From a virus (lineage: Duplodnaviria; Caudoviricetes): a stretch of DNA of 24,551 nucleotides. Made by a program: the position numbers and the translations under genes. Position 1 is the stretch's first letter; each line of letters begins with the position of its first letter. Positions 9,057 through 17,049 of this stretch are shown one piece after another. The notes below the pieces were generated by a model, which had not been told where the DNA came from, searched no databases, and saw only the letters and a list, made by a program, of their open reading frames with translations. The DNA lies in IMG/VR virus record IMGVR_UViG_3300040971_000027, positions 1 through 24,551 of that record; one strand, 5' to 3'.

Positions 9057-9425
9057 TTACGGAAGTGCGATCGCCGCAACAGCGATAGCATTGGTGTTGG
9101 TCGTGGATTTGTCACGAACAATAACCTTGCCCTTATTGTCGCCGGACACGTTCACAAACTTGCCCGATTCGATAACGGTCACGACTTCACTGGATTGTGC
9201 AATGGGAATCTCAATGTTTGCGGTTCCCTGCAAGCCGTTGCCCGCCAAGATCACGGCGGTATGGGTTGCGTTGGTGATCTGATTCTTGATTTTCAGAAGA
9301 ATCTTCTGATCGTCCTTGTCGAATGTGACAAATGCGCCTTCGTTGGTTGCGCAGGTCACATAGGAAGGAAGTGCGGTGGCGGCGTTGCGAGTAACCACCG
9401 TCTTTGTAATAGTTGCTAATGCCAT
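9057..9425 (-). CDS. Putative capsid decoration/minor capsid protein
   Basis: 122 aa, beta-rich, directly after the major capsid gene; AAAGGGG RBS. Confidence 0.6.
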   Translation of the reverse strand: MALATITKTVVTRNAATALPSYVTCATNEGAFVTFDKDDQKILLKIKNQITNATHTAVILAGNGLQGTANIEIPIAQSSEVVTVIESGKFVNVSGDNKGKVIVRDKSTTNTNAIAVAAIALP

Positions 9426-9467
9426 AAAAATCTATCCCCTTTCAATGGTTGATTTATTCAGTTCGCC

Positions 9468-10280
9468 TTATTTGTGTGCCTTAATGACATACAGTTCTTT
9501 GGGACGAACCACCTTTACGCCGTACACGGACAGACCTTTGACCGCATCAGAGAACAGGGTTTCGGGGCGGTATGCCTCGACCTTGTCAATCTGATCCGCA
9601 ATGGCGATGGCTCTCTTGGTACGAACCATAGCGTAGTAGTCGGTTCCGTCGTTGTAGAGGTTGTTGGTGACACGGACACGGGCATTGTCATAAAATCCCA
9701 TGATGCCCTTTTTCAGCATTTCGCTGTTGGAAGTGTCAAGTTCAATGTACTTGTCCTTCATCAACTGATACACGAAAGGCGGGATTTCCAGGACAACCTC
9801 ATCGTCGATGGCAACATTTTCCTCACGGAGCGCAAGGATGGCCGCGTCGATTGCGGTTTTGGCAGATGCGGCAGAGTTGATTTGCGTGGAACTGGAGAAC
9901 GTACCCGCATCAACGGAAACGGCAGCAACATCAGAGTCCTGTTCAAGAGCAAGTGCTTTGGTCGCTTCGTCCATAAGGACTTCCATCAGACCGTCAACGC
10001 TCTGCGCTTCATCCACATCGTCAACCATGAAGTTGAAGTATTTTGCCTTGTCGATAGGCATGAGTACGGACGAATCCGCAACGGTTTCGGGTGTGCCGAT
10101 AGATGCTCCTGTGTAGTTGCCGATGCTCGGTGTACCTACTCCAAGGATTTTGACGGTGCTTCCCTGTTTTGCTTCGCCCTCAAACTGCCTCCAACACCAA
10201 TCAGCGAGAATCGCTTTCTTGTGCAGTTCTTGCTGAATATACTGCGACCAAATGGTCGGTTTGAAATTTGCGTATGCCAT
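9468..10280 (-). CDS. Major capsid protein (P22 coat-like, HK97 fold)
   Basis: FKPTIWS, EGEAKQGSTVKI, IDKAKYFNFMVDDVD, and C-terminal FSDAVKGLSVYGVKVVRP; start at MAYANF. Confidence 0.92.
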   Translation of the reverse strand: MAYANFKPTIWSQYIQQELHKKAILADWCWRQFEGEAKQGSTVKILGVGTPSIGNYTGASIGTPETVADSSVLMPIDKAKYFNFMVDDVDEAQSVDGLMEVLMDEATKALALEQDSDVAAVSVDAGTFSSSTQINSAASAKTAIDAAILALREENVAIDDEVVLEIPPFVYQLMKDKYIELDTSNSEMLKKGIMGFYDNARVRVTNNLYNDGTDYYAMVRTKRAIAIADQIDKVEAYRPETLFSDAVKGLSVYGVKVVRPKELYVIKAHK

Positions 10281-10301
10281 AATCAAATCATTCCTTTCAA
10301 A

Positions 10302-11117
10302 TTATCCCCCTATCTTTTTGAGCGATTTCATCGCCTTGTCAAAGATTGCGGGGTTCTTTAAGTCTTTTTGCGATAACCTATCAAGTTCTTCCGAAGTGAA
10401 AAACTCCTTCTCGCTTCCTGCTCCGTTGCCCGTAACGCTTCCTGGACTCAAATTTGAGTTTTCAGCGTTCGCCTTTTCGATTGCCTTTTCCTTTATCAGT
10501 TCTTTGGCAAGATGTTCGGCGTAAGCGTGTTTCAACGGTGTGCCGTTGTTCATGGCAGTAAGAACTTCTTTCGGCAATGTGGTGGTTGCGTCGAAGTCTT
10601 TTCCGTTCACTTCACGGTAGAAGTCGAGAAATTCAAGGTCTTGCTTTCGCTGTGCTTCTTCCGCAAGCGCACGTTGTTCCAACGCTTTACGTTCTTCACG
10701 CTCTTTGCGGGAAAGGTACAGTTCTTCAGCAAGTTCCTTGGGGAGTTCCAATCCTTGTGTGAGTTCTTCGATTTCACGTTGGCGCAGTTGTTCGTTGGCT
10801 GCTTCCTGGTAGGCGGCTATGTCGCCGTGACCGTTCGCATCAAGGAACCCTGCTTTCCTTGCGATTTCTTCAAACTTGCCAAGTGTCTGTTTGGAAGTTT
10901 CCCACTTCTGTTGGAGTGGATCGTAGTTCATGCCCTTTTGTGCCAAGGTTTTGGCTTCTTCAAGGGTGATTTCTTTTTCCTCTCCTAAATAGTTGAGTCT
11001 TAGTTTCGGTTCTGCCTGTGGTTGGGCACCGGTGCTTTCCGTTTGCGGTTCTGCTTGCTCGGTAACTTCGGGTGTGACTTCCGCTTCCACGGTCTGCTTG
11101 GTTTCTGTTTCTGACAT
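10302..11117 (-). CDS. Capsid scaffolding protein
   Basis: Acidic N-terminus, LNYLGEEKEITLEE..TLAQKGMNYD, coiled coil; lies between portal and capsid. Confidence 0.8.
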   Translation of the reverse strand: MSETETKQTVEAEVTPEVTEQAEPQTESTGAQPQAEPKLRLNYLGEEKEITLEEAKTLAQKGMNYDPLQQKWETSKQTLGKFEEIARKAGFLDANGHGDIAAYQEAANEQLRQREIEELTQGLELPKELAEELYLSRKEREERKALEQRALAEEAQRKQDLEFLDFYREVNGKDFDATTTLPKEVLTAMNNGTPLKHAYAEHLAKELIKEKAIEKANAENSNLSPGSVTGNGAGSEKEFFTSEELDRLSQKDLKNPAIFDKAMKSLKKIGG

Positions 11118-11195
11118 TTGTAGTTCCTTTCTCCCTATGGTTGGGGATGCGGTGTTTTTTATATATGAAAAAGGGAAGGTTGCCCTTCCCTACTC

Positions 11196-12983
11196 TCAAT
11201 ACTGTTGTGGTGCGCCGTTCATCATTGCTTGAATTTCCATCTCCATTTCTTCGGGTGGCATTGACATTAGTTGCTGTTGTACTTCGGGCGGTAGTCCGTC
11301 AAAGAACGCCGCTTCTGCTTCAAGTTGTGCTTGGGGCATACCTTGGGGTGGCTGACCGCCGTTTTGTGGCTGTGCATCGGTCTGCACACCTTCGCTTGGC
11401 ATGGGAGCCGCCATTGCGATTGCCTTCTGCTCCTCGATTAGTTTCTTGATGCCGCTAATGTAACCGTTCGGCATACGTTCAAGGTACTGTATCAATGTGA
11501 TGCGGTTCTGCTGTAACAGAGCATCAAGTGTCTGTATGGAAGAAATTTCGCTCCAATAAGAGGAAGCACCGACTTCTATCTTGGCGTTCATTATCAGTTT
11601 GTCTTTGTCTTTCGGTTTGAACGGCTTGTAGACGGTTTTTCCATCTTGGTCGAACACAGGAACGTTACGACCTACGATGTAGTAGTTCGCCATAAAGTCT
11701 GCCCAAATAAGGAAGATGTCCTCAACGAACTGGTACATTCTTGCTTGCTGATTCTCCAAAGGTAGAGCAGACGCTTTCTGCATCATGATAAGTGCAGAAG
11801 TGTTGTCGGCTCGTTCCTGTCCAAGTGCTGCGTCGGTTGCACCTTGCATTTCCTTGGTGTACTTGATTGCGTAGTCGATAATCAAAAGAACTGCGCTGTT
11901 GAAGTTGCCTGCTGTCAGTTGTTGGATAACCCCGTCAACGGGGCCTTGTACTGGCAACGCAACCCCGATCTCATTTGTCCATGCTGTGATTCGGGTCGCA
12001 TCGTATGCGGTCTTGCCAAAAGCATTGTGGGCGAACCATACCATGCACAAAGCAAACATCTTGTTGATGAAGCGTTGGTTCGGGTGGATTTCAGCACATT
12101 CTGCTTTGCCGTGGAAACAGTTTTCCACTTCATCCCAGTTGCCCCATGCAATAGGGTAGCGTGAGAGCTTTGTCGGTATGTCCTTACAGATTTCAACGCC
12201 CTCGGTTGATTTGCTCCAATAGACCTTGCCGTCATCCTTCTTGTAGTACATGATGTATGCGTTAGTCTTTTGCGTTGAGGAATCGCCATCAATTTCTATT
12301 TGACCGTACTTGCCGACTTGTGTTTCGGTGTTGGCGTCTGAACCGATGCGTATGAGTTCGTCTTTCTTGACTCCACGCCGTTCTGCTTCGGCTCTTAGGT
12401 TGTCTACGGTGTCACGAACCTTGATGATGACCCAAGGTTGTTTCTGAACATTTGGCTCGTTTGGATTGCCGAAGAACATATTACCGCCGTGTACCCGTTC
12501 TGTTCGTATGTCGCCTTTGGCTTTCTGCCCTGTCTTGACGGTTTCATCCCAATACACATGAGCGCACATATCGCCTGTGACGAACCCGTCACGCAACCAA
12601 CGCCGTATCTTTGAGTCCATCTTCTGCTTTTCCCACAGGACTTCTGCGTTGCCACTCATAAGTTTGGCGATGTCGTTTAGTTCCATTTCAGATAGAACGT
12701 TTTCGTCAATCTCTGACTCGTCAATTTCGCCATGTTGGGTTATCCCCTCAATGCCGTAAACCGCTTTGACACGCTGGCTTGAAAGTGCGGCGACTTTGTA
12801 GTCCATGATTCTTTTTTCGATATTGAACACGGGAGTCGGCAAGCCGTTATGCTGCACACCGATCCATTGCTCTCCGTTGATGTAATTCTCGTTCTCGGTT
12901 GTCTTGGCATAGTAACCCAACTTTTGGTTGTAGGCGTACCCCGCCGAATACCGACGATGTGCAACGGTTGTGATTGGCTCCAT
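11196..12983 (-). CDS. Portal protein (P22-like)
   Basis: About 595 aa; Y..GEQW..GLPTPVFNI, NQRFINK, ADNTSAL and Pro/Gln-rich tail; GGGAGGT RBS before the ATG at 12983. Confidence 0.9.
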   Translation of the reverse strand: MEPITTVAHRRYSAGYAYNQKLGYYAKTTENENYINGEQWIGVQHNGLPTPVFNIEKRIMDYKVAALSSQRVKAVYGIEGITQHGEIDESEIDENVLSEMELNDIAKLMSGNAEVLWEKQKMDSKIRRWLRDGFVTGDMCAHVYWDETVKTGQKAKGDIRTERVHGGNMFFGNPNEPNVQKQPWVIIKVRDTVDNLRAEAERRGVKKDELIRIGSDANTETQVGKYGQIEIDGDSSTQKTNAYIMYYKKDDGKVYWSKSTEGVEICKDIPTKLSRYPIAWGNWDEVENCFHGKAECAEIHPNQRFINKMFALCMVWFAHNAFGKTAYDATRITAWTNEIGVALPVQGPVDGVIQQLTAGNFNSAVLLIIDYAIKYTKEMQGATDAALGQERADNTSALIMMQKASALPLENQQARMYQFVEDIFLIWADFMANYYIVGRNVPVFDQDGKTVYKPFKPKDKDKLIMNAKIEVGASSYWSEISSIQTLDALLQQNRITLIQYLERMPNGYISGIKKLIEEQKAIAMAAPMPSEGVQTDAQPQNGGQPPQGMPQAQLEAEAAFFDGLPPEVQQQLMSMPPEEMEMEIQAMMNGAPQQY

Positions 12984-13000
12984 CTCGTTACCTCCCAATT

Positions 13001-13033
13001 AAAAAAGCCGTCCACTTGTTACAGCAGACGGCT
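13001..13033 (-). terminator. Intrinsic terminator just upstream of portal, preceded by tandem GAGCC
   Basis: AGCCGTCT...GGACGGCT stem followed by a T run. Confidence 0.75.
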
Positions 13034-13044
13034 CAATGGCTCTC

Positions 13045-13548
13045 TCAATATTTCTGCAAGGCGAAAAAGAATTTCCCGCCGTGCGTTTCTGAAAACACAA
13101 GTCTAAGGTCGCCACTATAAAGGTAGCGGTAGTCGCTCATGCTTGTTTTGCCGATTTGCCAGTAGAATGTTTGGTCAAGGAAAATCAGCGTGTCTTTCGT
13201 TATGACTCGCTTGTGTCCAGGATCACCCCACAGCCAAGGAGAGTCTATTGCGGGAACACTTGCGTAGAATATACCGCCATGTTTCAGCAAGCGGTAATAT
13301 TCGTTGAACTCGGCAAAGAAATACTCTGCGTCGCCTTGGTAGGCAAGATGCTCCAACACTTCGTAAGCGTGTATCTCGTCAAATTCCTCGTCGGCAAACG
13401 GCAACGGCAGAATCGACAAGTCCCACAGTACATCGGGGTTGTGGTCTTTGTTGCAATCCAACCGAACAACGTTTGTAAACTCTTGTGAACCCGCAAGCGA
13501 CAAGTCCTTCTCGGTTCGGTTGCCACAACCTAACAGAAGTTCTTTCAT
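13045..13548 (-). CDS. Class I SAM-dependent methyltransferase (Methyltransf_11-like)
   Basis: LLLGCG motif I, LPFADEEFDEI...VLEHL, RLLKHGG and DPGH. True start MKELL at 13548; the track N-terminus is a wrong-frame reading of the upstream zinc-finger gene. Confidence 0.85.
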   Translation of the reverse strand: MKELLLGCGNRTEKDLSLAGSQEFTNVVRLDCNKDHNPDVLWDLSILPLPFADEEFDEIHAYEVLEHLAYQGDAEYFFAEFNEYYRLLKHGGIFYASVPAIDSPWLWGDPGHKRVITKDTLIFLDQTFYWQIGKTSMSDYRYLYSGDLRLVFSETHGGKFFFALQKY

Positions 13549-13664
13549 GGCACTTTGACCTCGACTTCCTTCTTGCACATCTTGCACCAAAGGTACAGAG
13601 TGCAAGCAGACTCGACAGACACTTGACACAGTTTTTTGTTGCACACAGGGCATAAAACCCACAA
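13545..13664 (-). CDS. Com-like zinc-ribbon protein (39 aa), not in ORF track
   Basis: Own translation MWVLCPVCNKKLCQVSVESACTLYLWCKMCKKEVEVKVP with CxxC-x18-CxxC. TTG start 1 nt after the upstream stop; ATGA overlap with the methyltransferase. Confidence 0.75.
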   Translation of the reverse strand: MWVLCPVCNKKLCQVSVESACTLYLWCKMCKKEVEVKVP

Positions 13665-13665
13665 T

Positions 13666-13890
13666 TTACTCTTTGTATCCATCATAGTTTAGTATGCTTT
13701 TCATTCCCACTTCCCATGCGTCCGGTTCCTTGTCCTTCTTCGGGGCAATGGCGTGTACTGCGTTCACTACCGCTTTGACGGGTTCCACTTTCGGCTCGAC
13801 CTTCTGCGACAGTTTGTAGCCGACTTGAACGCCGACATAGAAGATGAACCCTCCAAGTGCCGATGCCACAACGATCAATGCAATCTCCAT
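13666..13890 (-). CDS. Small single-pass membrane protein
   Basis: Hydrophobic N-terminal helix; AAGGGGG RBS. Confidence 0.7.
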   Translation of the reverse strand: MEIALIVVASALGGFIFYVGVQVGYKLSQKVEPKVEPVKAVVNAVHAIAPKKDKEPDAWEVGMKSILNYDGYKE

Positions 13891-13899
13891 GTTTCCCCC

Positions 13900-15426
13900 T
13901 TATCCAAAGTTCATGTAACTTTTGCTTATCTTACCGCCCGTGATTTCTCGCTTGGCGGTGGGTTTCGGTTCCAACGTTGCAAAGTCGCCTTTCGGTTTCG
14001 TCTGCGCAGGTGCGTTCGCAACAAAATCTTTTAAGCGAACAACCGCTTGCGAGGTCATATCAACCATGTCCTTAAAAGATGATTTTGGAAACCTTGTCAT
14101 TTGGTCAAGATATTCCTCTACCCAAGGTTCACCTTTAGGCAAGTGTACGTTTCCAGCCATGACGAAAGGTTGGATCGCTTGCGCTCTTGACTCCTTGCTT
14201 CCTAACGGGTTGACAGGCACAACGCCCATGATTTCACGCTGTAATGTACTAATGATCGCTGAACCGTTCGCCTTGTCCTCTATAAGAACCATGCTTGCTT
14301 GTGGGTATTTCTGTTTCATGTACCGTATAACTTCAAGTGTTTTTCCAAAATCCATACGCTCGTTGATTACATCTAAAACATAAATGTTTGTGCCGTTTTT
14401 ACCCAACACTCCAATTGCTACTTTGTCGCTTGTTTTGGTTTCCTTAAAGGCGGCATCTACTGAAATCATCGTTTGATACATTGGTGGTAAATCGTGCTTG
14501 TCGTAAAACTTGAACCAATCTCGCTTAAACATATTTCCAGATTGCAATACTGGATTCCCTTGATACATTGCAAGCCAAGCATCCATACCGTCAGTTGCGA
14601 TATATGATGCTTTCATCTCGTCTTTCCATTTTCGACCTTTGCCGATTTCTGGGAATAGACCGTCGCCAACTTCACGACCTAATATATCGTTTTCTTCTGC
14701 TTCACAAGTGAGGTTGATGTGCGTTACATTGTTTTCTGTTTTGAGCATTTGCCCTGCGAGATCATCTTCAAACCATCTTGTCATAATTAGTATGACTTTC
14801 GCCCCATTTGCAAGTCGTGTTTTCATGGAAGATTGCCATTCTTGCCATATCTTTTCTCTTGTAACAAGCGAATACGCTTCTTCACGGGTACGAACTGGAT
14901 CATCAATAATAAGTAATTTTGCAGGGTTTCCTGTAACACCAGCCATTACGCCACGGGTTATCATTCGCCCTTTGTGTCCTTCTATTTCAAAATCGTCGTT
15001 TGCCGACTTGCTCTTGGAAACGCTGATGCCGAATATGATTTTGCCGAACCGTTCTATCTTTTCCTTGTTCCGTCTGCCAAACCTCTGTGCAAGGTCATCT
15101 CCGTAAGCAAGTGCGATCACACCTGCGTCTGGATTTTTACCTAAAAACCACGATGGAAGTGTTTCGGTAACTGCGCTCGTTTTTCCGTGCTGCGGAGGCA
15201 AATTCAGTATGAGTATGTCGTAAGCGTTGCCTGTTTCCTTCTCGACGAACTCTTGTACCTTGTTGCAGAGGAACACAAGATGCTTGCCTGGTATCCAATC
15301 TGCATCCTTGTTCGTTGACGAGTTCACGATCTCAACGTACTTTAGATAGTTCGCAGTACAGACTTTCCTTGCGGCAAGGGCGAACGCTTTTCTTTTCTTT
15401 GCCGATGTCGCTTTGTCTGTTGCCAT
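13900..15426 (-). CDS. terL: Terminase large subunit
   Basis: Walker A PPQHGKT, Walker B LLIIDDP, MTRW motif, and nuclease acidic motifs SVDAAF, EDKANG and DMVD. Confidence 0.96.
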   Translation of the reverse strand: MATDKATSAKKRKAFALAARKVCTANYLKYVEIVNSSTNKDADWIPGKHLVFLCNKVQEFVEKETGNAYDILILNLPPQHGKTSAVTETLPSWFLGKNPDAGVIALAYGDDLAQRFGRRNKEKIERFGKIIFGISVSKSKSANDDFEIEGHKGRMITRGVMAGVTGNPAKLLIIDDPVRTREEAYSLVTREKIWQEWQSSMKTRLANGAKVILIMTRWFEDDLAGQMLKTENNVTHINLTCEAEENDILGREVGDGLFPEIGKGRKWKDEMKASYIATDGMDAWLAMYQGNPVLQSGNMFKRDWFKFYDKHDLPPMYQTMISVDAAFKETKTSDKVAIGVLGKNGTNIYVLDVINERMDFGKTLEVIRYMKQKYPQASMVLIEDKANGSAIISTLQREIMGVVPVNPLGSKESRAQAIQPFVMAGNVHLPKGEPWVEEYLDQMTRFPKSSFKDMVDMTSQAVVRLKDFVANAPAQTKPKGDFATLEPKPTAKREITGGKISKSYMNFG

Positions 15427-16275
15427 TTACCTACCTCTAAAATACTTATCCCTCATTGGCTCAAATACCGCATAAGACGAATCGTACACGATACCGCACC
15501 CAAGCGTTTCTCGGTTCTTGTTGTACTTCCCGTAACGGAAAGCGTAACGGTCAATATCAATGCCACAACCTACATTCAAGCCGAATATCAGCATCTTTGA
15601 GTTGCTTTTATACAGGCAGCCACCGAAACTGTGCAGATGCCCGATAACCACGCTCTGCATGGCGTTGGTAGCCTTGTCCACGGCTCCTGTCTTGCCATTT
15701 ACGCCTAACCCATGTTCGTACAGAACATCGTTGATGACAAGTTGCTCGTGTATCTTCCACCCTTTCGGCAGATTCCACAGTTCTCTGAACCCCTTCAAGT
15801 AGCATCGTGGGATTCCAAGTGTGGCGCATTGCCGTTCGGGTATCAAGTCGTGGTTTCCAAGCAGGGTATCTACGTTTGGAAACGCTCTTGTGTAGATTTC
15901 AACGTTCTTTGTCGCAAGTTCAAACTCTGTGACGGCTCCGTCTGCATCGGCTTCCCTCTGCCAACGGCTGATTGCATGGTTGTCTACAAGGTCGCCAATC
16001 TGCACGATGCGTGTGACTCGGTGTTTACGAAAGGTGTCCTCTAAAAAGTGTATGTAGTTTGGATGCACGAACGGGAAATGCAGGTCTGCGATCACGCCGA
16101 CAACCTCTTGTCGCTCGGTTTCTTGGTAGGTCGGCAGCGAACGGATGTGTCCTCGCACTTTCTCACGAACCTTCTGCGTGTCCTCGGTAGGGAAATACTT
16201 CTCTTTGATGACGGCAACGGTTTCTGTCCACGACAAAGTTTCTTTCAACGCTTCTGCTTCCGTTTTCCAGTTCAT
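15427..16275 (-). CDS. Calcineurin-like metallophosphoesterase
   Basis: DLH, GDLVD, GNHD, EHG and GHLH motifs; AAGGAGG RBS. Confidence 0.9.
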   Translation of the reverse strand: MNWKTEAEALKETLSWTETVAVIKEKYFPTEDTQKVREKVRGHIRSLPTYQETERQEVVGVIADLHFPFVHPNYIHFLEDTFRKHRVTRIVQIGDLVDNHAISRWQREADADGAVTEFELATKNVEIYTRAFPNVDTLLGNHDLIPERQCATLGIPRCYLKGFRELWNLPKGWKIHEQLVINDVLYEHGLGVNGKTGAVDKATNAMQSVVIGHLHSFGGCLYKSNSKMLIFGLNVGCGIDIDRYAFRYGKYNKNRETLGCGIVYDSSYAVFEPMRDKYFRGR

Positions 16276-16286
16276 GTTCCCTCCTT

Positions 16287-16357
16287 AAAAAGAAATGACA
16301 ACGATCCCCTATCCTTTCGTTGTCTGTGCCGTAGACCCGCTGGACTACTTACGACAC
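16287..16357 (-). terminator. Double hairpin ending in a terminator-like stem directly before the phosphoesterase RBS
   Basis: GTGTCGTA/TACGGCAC stem (G-U pair only on the minus strand), then GACAACGA/TCGTTGTC + ATTTCTTTTT + AAGGAGG. Confidence 0.55.
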
Positions 16358-16387
16358 GCCCTTATTTCATTTAATTGAAATTGTTTT

Positions 16388-16419
16388 CAAACAAAAGGAG
16401 CAAGAATCAATCTCGCTCC
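16388..16419 (-). terminator. Intrinsic terminator closing the structured non-coding region
   Basis: GGAGCGAGA-TTGAT-TCTTGCTCC followed by TTTTGTTTG. Confidence 0.7.
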
Positions 16420-16790
16420 GTGTGTTAGAACTGCTCTCATAACGCCATACGGCTCCCTGACCCTCCGCTTTAATAAAATGCCACGGTCTTGCAGGGCGGC
16501 TCGTTTTAGAACTTTTGAGCATACAAGTAAAGGTGGCGCCTCGGATGCTGACCCCCGCGCCTTATTCGTGTACCTTTACTCAAAGTTTTAGCACAACATC
16601 ACAGCATTCTTTTAGTTGTGCCTTTGACGATAGATTTTACAGTCCCCACTTATCGGTAGGGTTCACCTGATTTATTATTTAGCGCCCTGCGTCCGAAGAA
16701 CCTCGTTGCGCACCGATAGGTCTTTGTCAAATATTGCAGTACGGGCATGAACCAAACCGCTTTACCGTCAACGTGACCAACAGGGCTGAT
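16420..16790 (-). ncRNA. Candidate large structured ncRNA (possibly ROOL-related)
   Basis: No ORF of 60 aa or more. Nested stems 16526-16534/16572-16580, 16535-16539/16557-16561, 16591-16597/16615-16621, 16623-16628/16726-16731 and 16649-16657/16712-16720. Bounded by a tRNA-like CCA end and a terminator. Confidence 0.5.
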
Positions 16791-16883
16791 TGGTGGAAGC
16801 GATGAGAGTTGAACTCATGTTCCGGAAGGTGTCAACGGCTTATTTCACGCCATTGCACCTCTCACGGCGTACCCGACGCTCCC
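16791..16883 (-). ncRNA. 93-nt tRNA-like RNA resembling an isolated tmRNA tRNA-like domain (Ala acceptor)
   Basis: Acceptor GGGAGCG/CGCTTCC with G3.U70, A73 and encoded CCA; T arm ATGAG-TTCAACT-CTCAT; no canonical 7-nt anticodon loop. Confidence 0.7.
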
Positions 16884-17016
16884 ATGTTTTTATCCATTGC
16901 GTAAAATCGAACCATTTAGTCGATACGATGTAATGGACATTGTAGTAAAGTTTGATATGCCAAGGTATGTCGTCAAATAGATTTAATTCTTGTATCGGCA
17001 CAATTTTATTTGCCAT
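16840..17016 (-). CDS. Small hypothetical protein (58 aa) overlapping the tRNA-like element
   Basis: Own translation MANKIVPIQELNLFDDIPWHIKLYYNVHYIVSTKWFDFTQWIKTWERRVRRERCNGVK; GAAAGGT upstream. Confidence 0.45.
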   Translation of the reverse strand: MANKIVPIQELNLFDDIPWHIKLYYNVHYIVSTKWFDFTQWIKTWERRVRRERCNGVK

Positions 17017-17049
17017 CACTCGCTACCTTTCATCCCCATGTGTGTACTT

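Noticed and set aside
13549-13662. Track N-terminal extension of the methyltransferase (MGFMPC...)
   Set aside because: Better explained by the zinc-finger ORF in another frame with an ATGA overlap.
450-16374. Many plus-strand track ORFs (e.g. 9474-10361, 10512-10988, 13922-14383, 14639-15106)
   Set aside because: They are antisense shadows of well-supported minus-strand genes, with no recognisable motifs.
16440-16790. Twister or pistol ribozyme (TAAAGCGGAGGG; GACGGTAAA on the minus strand)
   Set aside because: The required partner stems and pseudoknot pairings could not be built.
16791-16883. Canonical tRNA (Sec/Ser/Leu) or permuted two-piece tmRNA
   Set aside because: No 7-nt anticodon loop or stemmed variable arm, and no second acceptor 5' strand downstream of the CCA.
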